IMG/VR virus record: IMGVR_UViG_3300034161_000008
Coordinates: 154,437-218,436 of that record
Strand: one strand, 5' to 3'
Source: a virus
Taxonomy: Duplodnaviria; Caudoviricetes
DNA length: 64,000 nt
Shown here: positions 56,463 to 64,000 of the stretch, piece by piece
Numbering within the stretch: the first letter of the stretch is position 1
Layout of the letters: each line of letters begins with the position of its first letter
Made by a program: the position numbers and the translations under genes
Notes under the pieces: generated by a model
Told to the model about the DNA's origin: nothing
Databases searched by the model: none
The model's input: only the letters and a program-made list of their open reading frames with translations

Positions 56463-57893
56463 TTAAATCGAGCCGAAGATCGTGCCGCTGGTTTCAGTGC
56501 CGGAGCAATCGATGTGCAATGCCGACAACAGCGAATCGAAGTCTTCAGCGATGGTCAGCGCATTCTGCGCCTGGTTAGTGACGACCGGTACAGTCAATGC
56601 ATCCGCAAAGCTTGGCACGCAGTAGTCAGTGAAAGGTGCATTGTTCAGCGAGATCTTGATCCACGACTCGCCGTACAAATCCATCTTCATTTCCAGATCG
56701 AAGGCAATCTGGTTGTTGTAGGTCAGGTCCATCAGAATCTCGTGCTTGAGACGAATCTCAAACTGATCCACGATCGGCTGAACTGGCAGCGATGTGAAGC
56801 TACGCGCATGGAACGGCACGAATGCCAGACCAGAGCCCATCACGTTGTTCGTAACCTTGAACACCAGCTCAGTCAGGTCCATGTCCATCATCAGGCTAGG
56901 AACAGACTGACTCAGAATGGTGGATGCCAGAGTGGTTGGGTCAGCGGAACCCCAGTCAGCAGTTTGACCAGCCCAGTGAGTTTCTGCTTTCTCAGCGATA
57001 CCCATTTGGATGAAGGTGGTTACGTGCGTGGTGTTTGGGTCCAGACGCTCGAGATCGCCCCAACGGAAAGTGTTACCCAGTGGAGTACCGCGGATCTGCG
57101 AGATCGCTGCCAAGAACGGGTCTTTACCGACTTGGTTGTCTGCCGCGTAGCCACGAGCCTGACTCAGGATTTGTTGCTCACCCTGACCGAACTCTTCAGA
57201 CTCTTTAGCATTGCGGTAGTTTTCCAACACGTTGGCCATGAACACTGGAGCCAGGTTGTTGGAGCGCGCCGACTTCACAGCCACGTTGGACATGGTGCTA
57301 CGGCCGTCGATTACCGTGGTGCCTGCTGGCAGGTGTGTACGAGACATCGCTGCGAACACGTCCTCTGGACGCATGCGTTGTTCGTTCATCCCGTTGCCGA
57401 TACCGCCCCAGTTGTTGTCAACCAGGATGTGCGAGTTGTCCGCTACGTTGAACATCGGCATGATGCCCATCGGAGTCATTTCTTGCGATTCGCGAACCAT
57501 CAACGTGGAGTTGACGTAGAACTCCATGTCTGGAGCGAACCCGCCGTTGTGACCAATCCCAGGGAAGTTGGTGTAGCCACTGATGTGCTCAGTGATCCAG
57601 CCACCCATGCGGAAGTTGTGACGCACTTTCGCGTGGAAGCGATAGCGCTGAGTGCCCCAGCCTTCTGGGATAAACAGTTGGGTTTCAGGTTGACTGCTCG
57701 GCATGATGAACTGGTTGGCGATACCGTTCAACATAGCAGGGGCGTAAGCACCGGCACCTTGCAGCTTGTCCTTGAACATGATCAACCCGTTGCCGTCGAG
57801 GTGGGTTTCGAATGGTCGGCGGAACTGATTGTTGTGTGTGCCGATTTCGAGGATGGTCATCTCGGTGACTTGGGTGCTGGCAACTGCGTGCAT
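56463..57893 (-). CDS. picA: Phage-nucleus protein import factor PicA/Imp1 (phiKZ gp69 position)
   Basis: 476 aa; directly follows the sigma-like subunit in the conserved block; GW..QRYRF...ISGYTN..G...DMEFYVN. Called mainly from synteny. Confidence 0.65.
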   Translation of the reverse strand: MHAVASTQVTEMTILEIGTHNNQFRRPFETHLDGNGLIMFKDKLQGAGAYAPAMLNGIANQFIMPSSQPETQLFIPEGWGTQRYRFHAKVRHNFRMGGWITEHISGYTNFPGIGHNGGFAPDMEFYVNSTLMVRESQEMTPMGIMPMFNVADNSHILVDNNWGGIGNGMNEQRMRPEDVFAAMSRTHLPAGTTVIDGRSTMSNVAVKSARSNNLAPVFMANVLENYRNAKESEEFGQGEQQILSQARGYAADNQVGKDPFLAAISQIRGTPLGNTFRWGDLERLDPNTTHVTTFIQMGIAEKAETHWAGQTADWGSADPTTLASTILSQSVPSLMMDMDLTELVFKVTNNVMGSGLAFVPFHARSFTSLPVQPIVDQFEIRLKHEILMDLTYNNQIAFDLEMKMDLYGESWIKISLNNAPFTDYCVPSFADALTVPVVTNQAQNALTIAEDFDSLLSALHIDCSGTETSGTIFGSI

Positions 57894-59413
57894 TAAATTG
57901 GTTCCTTCGATGCAATGGCTATAATGAGTTCAGCAAGCTTCTGCTTCATGTCGTACGGAGTAGCGTATCGACGATCGCGACGACCAGTAACGCGCTCCAA
58001 CCACTCTATCGGTAGTGTAAGCTTCCAGTCGAACTCGCTGAACAAATCGTTTACGTTTTCCAATGCTGTGATCGCCGCATTAGGTTGGCGTGTAGTCTTG
58101 CTCCGACCACCAGTACGTCTGTGGTGCGGATACAGCCGGTTCAGCACTTCGACCTGATCCTTAGTCAGTCGAGCTTTGGATTCGCCTCCAGAGACGAATT
58201 GCTCACCGTCGTTATCTTGAGCGATTGCACTCACCAGCGCAGCCAACTCCAGATAACCTTGATGCCACAGGATGGCCTGAGTCGCAGCCATGACCCGCAG
58301 GATCGCTTCTTTATTAAGCCGCAACAGTCCGCGAGGAGAAAGGGCGTCCGCCATAACCCACTGCATCAATGTTGTTTGGCATTCGTGGATCTGTGCATTT
58401 GCCAGCAGTTTTGTGGACTGAATGGATTTGTTCAGAATCCGTAGGTCCAGACTCGGATCTACTTTGAGTGCCATGCGCTCGATGTCTTCGGTGTACCAGC
58501 TTTGTACGACAATGTCGCCAGCGGCCGTTTGCTCTTTGATCTTGTAGCCTTCTGCAACCGAGATATTGTTTTCGCCTTCCGAGCGATCATCTACCGTTGG
58601 TTTGTCTTTAACCACCCCTTCGAAGTTGGAGTCATGTCCTTTGACTTTCTGCTGGATGTACTTGAACGTGAAGGTCACCAGATGCGATACGGGATCGAGA
58701 CCCCGGACGTCACCTACCGACAAACGACGAACCAACACCAAGCCCATTAACCACTCAGGGAATTTCTGACTGCCGATACCGCCGAGAATAGCCGAGGAGA
58801 TCGACTTGTCTTGAGGGATCGAGAACTCAACAAACTTCTTCAAACGACCGTACGCTTCGGAGTGCACGATGTTCGACAACCGCAGCAGTTGTGCTGCGTA
58901 CAACTCCTTGAAGACAGAGCCGTGTTCTTTACGAGTCATGAAAATGAACTCGCCCCAGATCGGCAGCATTGGACGCAGGCTGATTGCCAGGGTCACCAAC
59001 TGACGATAATCGTTTTGCAGATACGTGCGTTCCGGTGGCAGATCCGGAGAACTTTCGTTTTTGATTGACGACGGGATTCGAAGGTCAGCGTGGAAGCTGG
59101 CCCAATGATGCAGATCATCCTGATTGTGGAACCGATACAGCTCCGCGATAGGTCCACGAAGTTGCGCTGTCAGGGACTCGGAATCACCAGCTTCATCGAA
59201 CACAGAACGGATGCGTTGATAAATGCTGAAGATCATGTCTTGAGTAGCTTCGGGCAGATACGCCCAGTAGCCATTGATCTGTTCGAAGATGTCGTAGTCG
59301 CCAGAGAAACTGGTCTTATCGAACTGCGAGGTGTTCCAGTAGATGTCAATTCCTTTGTGGGAAGTGATCGCTACAGACCCGGAGTTAAGACTATCACTCA
59401 TCTTTATTTGCAC
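57893..59413 (-). CDS. nvRNAP sigma-like promoter-specificity subunit (phiKZ gp68 position)
   Basis: 506 aa; GTG start with RBS GGAGG; TATATTAC upstream; synteny. Confidence 0.7.
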   Translation of the reverse strand: MQIKMSDSLNSGSVAITSHKGIDIYWNTSQFDKTSFSGDYDIFEQINGYWAYLPEATQDMIFSIYQRIRSVFDEAGDSESLTAQLRGPIAELYRFHNQDDLHHWASFHADLRIPSSIKNESSPDLPPERTYLQNDYRQLVTLAISLRPMLPIWGEFIFMTRKEHGSVFKELYAAQLLRLSNIVHSEAYGRLKKFVEFSIPQDKSISSAILGGIGSQKFPEWLMGLVLVRRLSVGDVRGLDPVSHLVTFTFKYIQQKVKGHDSNFEGVVKDKPTVDDRSEGENNISVAEGYKIKEQTAAGDIVVQSWYTEDIERMALKVDPSLDLRILNKSIQSTKLLANAQIHECQTTLMQWVMADALSPRGLLRLNKEAILRVMAATQAILWHQGYLELAALVSAIAQDNDGEQFVSGGESKARLTKDQVEVLNRLYPHHRRTGGRSKTTRQPNAAITALENVNDLFSEFDWKLTLPIEWLERVTGRRDRRYATPYDMKQKLAELIIAIASKEPI

Positions 59414-59455
59414 GATACCTCCTGTTGAACATTACTACTACACTAGACCAATAGT

Positions 59456-59463
59456 GTAATATA
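59456..59463 (-). promoter_or_regulatory. Early (vRNAP) promoter TATATTAC
   Basis: Exact match to the phiKZ early consensus, 43 nt upstream of the gp68-like start. Confidence 0.75.
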
Positions 59464-59470
59464 TGGGCAA

Positions 59471-59524
59471 AAAAGATTAGACCCCGCTATCAAAGCCGGA
59501 GTCTAATCTTAGATGCTTTTATGC
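59471..59524. terminator. Hairpin AAGATTAGAC...GTCTAATCTT
   Basis: Perfect 10-bp stem; TTTTATGC lies 3' on the plus strand. Confidence 0.55.
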
Positions 59525-59612
59525 TTTTGTTACTCCCCCTTTGATTTAGCAATGGCTATGCCAAGTAACCCACGCAAACAGCCGTCTGCATGAGGTTCTT
59601 TATTTAAATCTT

Positions 59613-59652
59613 TTCTACAGCCCGGCTGGTGACAAACGTCGGGTTTGTAGAA
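59613..59652 (-). terminator. Imperfect hairpin after the lipoprotein gene
   Basis: TTCTACAGCCCG...CGGGTTTGTAGAA. Confidence 0.45.
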
Positions 59653-59688
59653 GAATGACTTAAGCCACTTAATCATCGGAGTTACCCC

Positions 59689-60009
59689 TTAACAGACGGT
59701 GTGGCCAATCTCGCCATTTTCAAGGACGCGATGGTATTTGAAAGACTCGCCTTGGTAGGTGCGTTCGATCAGCCAGAAGTGCGTGCCGATCTTGAGCGAC
59801 TCCCAACCACTGCAACGTTTGGACACGCTAACATCTTTAAAGAGTTCGCCAGTCTTTACGTCACGCAGATCAACGCGCATGTGCTTCGGCGGCTTGATAC
59901 CAACCACCTCGTATTCGCGTTGCTCGCTGTGGATCTCTTTATCACACCCCGACAGCATTACTGCTGCCAGGGCTACACCTACCAAAAGCGTCTTGCTCAG
60001 TTTCATCAC
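59689..60009 (-). CDS. Small lipoprotein
   Basis: MMKLSKTLLVGVALAAVMLSG-C lipobox; RBS AAGGA. Confidence 0.75.
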   Translation of the reverse strand: MMKLSKTLLVGVALAAVMLSGCDKEIHSEQREYEVVGIKPPKHMRVDLRDVKTGELFKDVSVSKRCSGWESLKIGTHFWLIERTYQGESFKYHRVLENGEIGHTVC

Positions 60010-60015
60010 TCGTCC

Positions 60016-60690
60016 TTAGAAAGGAATGTCGTCGTCGAAGGTATCGCCAGCCGGAGCCTGTTGAGGGCGCGGAGCTTGCTGTTGTTGTGGGCGACCGTTG
60101 CCGTCTTTCGGCTCAGGCTCTTTGTACTCGGTGACGATGATCTGTTCCATAACGGCCTGGATCAGAGTCATGTAGCCTTTGGCGTAGATCTTGGAGATCT
60201 CGCCTTTGCTGTATTCGGTGCCGTCTTCCTTGAACCAGTTGGCGAAGTCGCCAGGACCGATTGGGAATTTGATCTTCGGACGTTCGGCTTGTGGGGAGCA
60301 CAGGCTCAGCCAGATCACGCCTTCGTCGTCTTGACCGATCCAGAGCTCAGCAACAATCACTGGCTTCTCGGAACGACGGCCACCAGGGAAGATGAAGTTC
60401 TTCAGCTGGACTTTGTTACGGCACTTGCCCGGTGCGTCGATCGCAACTTGCAGGAAGTGCATGATGGCGAACAGGTCAGGCGAACCCATTGGGCCAGTGA
60501 TACGACCGTTGTCGTTCTTGCTGTCGTTCGGGTCGTTGGTGTAAACGGTGATGCGCGGGTTGTTGCCGGTGATGCCCCAACCGAACGTAGACCACTTGCC
60601 TTGGGCCGAAGGGCATGGCGTGGAGAGTTTCAGCTTTGCATGATCCAAAGCATTCTTTTTACGTTGTGGGAACTGCTGGTTGCCTGCCAT
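60016..60690 (-). CDS. chmC: Nucleic-acid-binding protein ChmC/Imp6 (phiKZ gp67 position) with SSB-like tail
   Basis: 224 aa beta-rich core, Q/P linker, ends DTFDDDIPF; position upstream of the gp68-like gene. Name inferred from synteny. Confidence 0.55.
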   Translation of the reverse strand: MAGNQQFPQRKKNALDHAKLKLSTPCPSAQGKWSTFGWGITGNNPRITVYTNDPNDSKNDNGRITGPMGSPDLFAIMHFLQVAIDAPGKCRNKVQLKNFIFPGGRRSEKPVIVAELWIGQDDEGVIWLSLCSPQAERPKIKFPIGPGDFANWFKEDGTEYSKGEISKIYAKGYMTLIQAVMEQIIVTEYKEPEPKDGNGRPQQQQAPRPQQAPAGDTFDDDIPF

Positions 60691-60741
60691 GTTTCAAGTC
60701 CTTCAAAGGTGCTGTTCAAATGATGGAGGAGGTGAGTATTT

Positions 60742-61581
60742 TTAGTTGATAATCTTGCGCAACACCTCTTTGTAGTACGGGTTCTGAAGCTGCCCAATAC
60801 CGTACATCATCTTGTCATGTGTTGTGACCGCCGACCATTTGTACTTCTCCGCGATCTCAAGGATTGCCCTTCGAAAGCGAATGTCCATTGGACGAAACGT
60901 TTCAGAATCCCCGAAGACTTGCAAGAAGCCCTCGTTAAAAGGAATCTGTACCAAATCCTTTCCGTTAAGGTATTTGGTGTACCACTGAGCACGTTCCTTG
61001 ATTTTGCCGGTGTGGGACTCCAGGAGTACCAACTCGGAGAATTGCTTAGCCGAGCATAGATCAAACGCGTAATGCGTCAGGATCATAGCTTTAGGCTGGT
61101 GGTCCAGTTTGAGTTTCAGATCAAAGATCTTCACTCGCCCGTTCTTACCCTCAGACGTCAACAAGTGCTCGATTGTCTGTTTCTGTAGCAGGGTGTACTC
61201 TTTCTGCTTTGTCGTGTTGTCTGGTCGGATCACGGCCATCTTGTAGCGACTGTCAATGTCCTTATAGTTGCTGACATAATAAATGATAGCGGTGGTCGGT
61301 GAAGCTTGTTTGACCGTAGACTCCAACTGATCCATTTCCTGCTGGATCGTTGCGGCAGCAGCTTGGGGCGAGATGCTGTTGGCATCCTGGTTATCCAACG
61401 CCCCATGAAAGTTGCGAAACAGAGTGCGGATATTAACCCACAACTCAGCGTACTCCAGGATCGGGGCGGTCTTCACCTCGATCTCTGGGTGTATGCCCAA
61501 CGCCGACTCAATAGCCAGCGAGGTTGCAATGGACAGTGGGAGTTGGCCCACCGCCCGGTCTGAGAAGTATTGGTCGCTCAT
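60742..61581 (-). CDS. Conserved core protein (phiKZ gp66 position)
   Basis: 279 aa; ATGA overlap with the SbcD-like gene. Confidence 0.6.
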   Translation of the reverse strand: MSDQYFSDRAVGQLPLSIATSLAIESALGIHPEIEVKTAPILEYAELWVNIRTLFRNFHGALDNQDANSISPQAAAATIQQEMDQLESTVKQASPTTAIIYYVSNYKDIDSRYKMAVIRPDNTTKQKEYTLLQKQTIEHLLTSEGKNGRVKIFDLKLKLDHQPKAMILTHYAFDLCSAKQFSELVLLESHTGKIKERAQWYTKYLNGKDLVQIPFNEGFLQVFGDSETFRPMDIRFRRAILEIAEKYKWSAVTTHDKMMYGIGQLQNPYYKEVLRKIIN

Positions 61582-62789
61582 TGCTGGATGATCCTTTGGA
61601 GGATTCTTTCAGAGCGCGAGAACAAAGCATCCGTAGCCCCATTACTGGCCAAACGCTCCATCAACAACGGAACGATGTTGTCGCGGGTGATGGTGATTGG
61701 CACGAACAGGGTTTGATCCTCAATCAAAGCCTTCTCTGACTCGGCGTCTTCACGACTGAGTTTTGAGAACTGGATAAACGGATAGTTTCGTATCAGCAGA
61801 TCCATGTTGGCAAAGATTGGGTTAGTGGACTCGCTCTCAACACGTACAAAGGATTCGTCAGGCAGAGTTAAAACTACCTTGTCAACCTCCTCCAGTGTCT
61901 GCTCCAAATCCATCCCCAAACACTTGATGGTGATGAACCGCATCGCATTGAAGTTTTCGTGGAACTGAACCTGCATGTCACCATTGGTTTGTTTGAAGAA
62001 CCGTAGGTGGCCTTTAGGTGCTTCCTCTCCATGTGCCAAGCGATCGAAACTGCCCTGAGCCAGAATCCGTTTGTAACGGGAGTACGTGTGGACGTGACCG
62101 ATAAAGATCAGTTCCTTCACGATACTCAAGTACGCTTCGGAGTCATGGCTCTGAGCTTTAACGTGGTCTGGTAACTGATGGGCAAACTGGCCATGCATAA
62201 TCGCATAGTCAACCTTATCCAATCCCTTCGCACGCAAAAGCTCATGGACCTGTCCCAGCGTCTTCTCAGTTGTGAGTTCCCACTCGTCCGGCACGTAAAG
62301 CACGTTGATACCCAAGTGCTCGATGTACTCGATCGAAAGAGTTGTCACATACTTCAGATCAGCCCCGATCTGCGCTGCTTCATTCATTGTCACAAACCGC
62401 TGTGACTGTTTCCAGTCATGCGATGGCGTGCCTTCCAGCACTCGCACCGAGATATTCCACTTCTTGCAAATACGCAGGAAGTCAGCAATCCAGAAGTCGA
62501 TGTCAGCAAGGTCTTCATCAGACAGTTGCAGCAGGTCATCGAACACGTCACCAGCCAACCAGATAATATCCAGTTCGCCAGTTTGAGCGTTGTCAGGGAA
62601 AGCATCGCGCAGGTTGATAACAATCCCGCGCGTGCCGTTACGGCGGTGGCCCAGATGGATATCTGAAACCACAGCTCCAGCCAAAGGCTTTTGAGTAGGC
62701 CCTAGCTGGAAATCTTTCCCTGCTGAAATCGCTCGCGCCAACGGGGCTAGTTGGAAGTTAGGCGAAGGAGAAGTCGTCGTCATCGTCAT
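61578..62789 (-). CDS. SbcD/Mre11-like metallophosphoesterase nuclease
   Basis: VSDIHLG, AGDVFD, EGTPSHD, HGQF, IGHVH; start uncertain (62789 or 62783). Confidence 0.85.
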   Translation of the reverse strand: MTMTTTSPSPNFQLAPLARAISAGKDFQLGPTQKPLAGAVVSDIHLGHRRNGTRGIVINLRDAFPDNAQTGELDIIWLAGDVFDDLLQLSDEDLADIDFWIADFLRICKKWNISVRVLEGTPSHDWKQSQRFVTMNEAAQIGADLKYVTTLSIEYIEHLGINVLYVPDEWELTTEKTLGQVHELLRAKGLDKVDYAIMHGQFAHQLPDHVKAQSHDSEAYLSIVKELIFIGHVHTYSRYKRILAQGSFDRLAHGEEAPKGHLRFFKQTNGDMQVQFHENFNAMRFITIKCLGMDLEQTLEEVDKVVLTLPDESFVRVESESTNPIFANMDLLIRNYPFIQFSKLSREDAESEKALIEDQTLFVPITITRDNIVPLLMERLASNGATDALFSRSERILQRIIQQ

Positions 62790-63339
62790 CGGTAGCGCCT
62801 TGTGCCGTAGCAGCAGGAGCTGCCGCTTTGAGCTTCTCGCGACCGTAACGTACCAGGATTTCATTCCAGCGTTGCAGGAATGCCGCGCGGTGTTCGCTTT
62901 CCTTATCGGTCAGCTTGAACGCCTCGAAGTGATCCATCATGAAGTTCATCCCAGCGATGGGAGACTGCATGGCGTACTGTTCAGCCGAACGCATGATGTG
63001 GCCCAAAGGCACACGGCGCTCACCCTTGTACATCACGGAGCGGTCCCAGATGGCCGGGACTTTGAACAGAGGTTGGCGGGTAGTGTCATTGAAAATGATC
63101 ACTTCGTGGAACGAGTTGCCAGCAACAGACAACCACTTTTCCAACCGCAGACGGCGATCGGACTCTTCCTTCAACTCGTTGTTGAAGAACGGCAAGAAGT
63201 AATCGCGGAAGATGCTTTCAGGCAGCCTCGGCAAGTCTTCGTCAGCCACTACCTGCAAGGCTTCTTGCACGGCAGTAATGGTTTTGTGCGAGCGCTCGTG
63301 ATACGCCTTCGTCAGGCGGTCGTTAGGAGCATCAGCCAT
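62758..63339 (-). CDS. Conserved core protein with acidic tail DDDDDDFSFA
   Basis: 193 aa; overlaps both neighbours. Confidence 0.6.
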   Translation of the reverse strand: MADAPNDRLTKAYHERSHKTITAVQEALQVVADEDLPRLPESIFRDYFLPFFNNELKEESDRRLRLEKWLSVAGNSFHEVIIFNDTTRQPLFKVPAIWDRSVMYKGERRVPLGHIMRSAEQYAMQSPIAGMNFMMDHFEAFKLTDKESEHRAAFLQRWNEILVRYGREKLKAAAPAATAQGATDDDDDDFSFA

Positions 63340-63916
63340 CTTTGAGCACCAACTTGGTCAGGTAGTACCACTTAACGCCGCGAACGCCCAGAGTGTTGAG
63401 CTGACGCAGCACTTCTTCTTGCTCGTCTTCGTGCATCGTGACGATGTGGTTATCGGTGGCCACGCCCGGATGATCCTTGTAAGTGATCGTCGAGTAGTTC
63501 TGCCATTGAGCCATGTGCGGGTCGTGCGCAGGCGCGTCGACGTCAGTTGGACCACCCACTTCGGTAGGGCCGTTACGCAGACCTACTGGGTGTTCGTGTT
63601 CTTCTTGCTGCTGTTCTGCGTCTGGCAGCACCATCAGCGTGTAGCTGGTAGGTACGTCGATCGGGAACATGGAGAGGATCACCACCGAACCGTCAGCCAA
63701 AGGCAGTGGCGGGACCAGGAAATCGGTAGTGGTCAACAGCGATACTGGACGGCGACTGAAACCACCAGGGTTGGTTGCAGCCTCACGGATCAACGAACGA
63801 GCCAGCGCTTCCATGTACTGTGGCGATTGCACCGCAGCTTGAGCGGCAGCACCCGCAGCTTCCACGACCTTGCTCAGAAGACGCGGGTCGATATTTGGCT
63901 GATGTTTATTACCCAT
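63332..63916 (-). CDS. Hypothetical protein
   Basis: 194 aa; overlaps the next gene by 8 nt. Confidence 0.6.
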   Translation of the reverse strand: MGNKHQPNIDPRLLSKVVEAAGAAAQAAVQSPQYMEALARSLIREAATNPGGFSRRPVSLLTTTDFLVPPLPLADGSVVILSMFPIDVPTSYTLMVLPDAEQQQEEHEHPVGLRNGPTEVGGPTDVDAPAHDPHMAQWQNYSTITYKDHPGVATDNHIVTMHEDEQEEVLRQLNTLGVRGVKWYYLTKLVLKDG

Positions 63917-64000
63917 TGTTAAGCACCGTTGTTAATGGACATGATGTTTTTGACCTTGGAACCGGCCGTTTCAATTAATGAGGCGAGTGAGTATTCTTTT

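Noticed and set aside
1-64000. tRNA, rRNA, CRISPR array, integrase/transposase; chimallin and PhuZ
   Set aside because: None recognised by reading. Chimallin and PhuZ would lie beyond the right edge by synteny, so the nucleus-forming call is inferred from the core block.

Overview
The window is 64 kb of a nucleus-forming, phiKZ-like jumbo phage (Chimalliviridae). Codon usage suggests a Pseudomonas-like host. From ~63.9 kb down to ~18.3 kb it follows the conserved phiKZ core block (about gp64 to gp101, read backwards): SbcD-like nuclease, ChmC- and PicA-position genes, sigma-like and split beta/beta' non-virion RNAP subunits, SF2 helicase, a virion RNAP beta' piece, the exonuclease half of a split family-B DNA polymerase, inner-body/internal-head proteins and baseplate proteins. 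13.3-18.3 kb is an early accessory island with thymidylate kinase and a Tad2/DUF2829-like fusion. 1-13.2 kb is an array of 16 ORFs built from two paralogous tail/fibre-type families. phiKZ gp numbers are assigned from remembered synteny plus motifs, not from a search. Most notable observations: (1) an apparent programmed -1 frameshift (T TTT TTT at 46218-46224) joining two conserved core ORFs in a G/GT tail-chaperone-like way; (2) a strict pairing rule in the fibre array between GFDH-domain proteins and partners with a tandem docking motif, including a Rosetta-stone fusion; (3) a dispersed TATGCCG-hairpin element at transcript 3' ends; (4) late-promoter TATG motifs in hairpin loops; (5) a host-SSB-like FDDDIPF tail on the ChmC-position protein. 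No tRNA, rRNA, CRISPR array, integrase, transposase or reverse transcriptase was seen.
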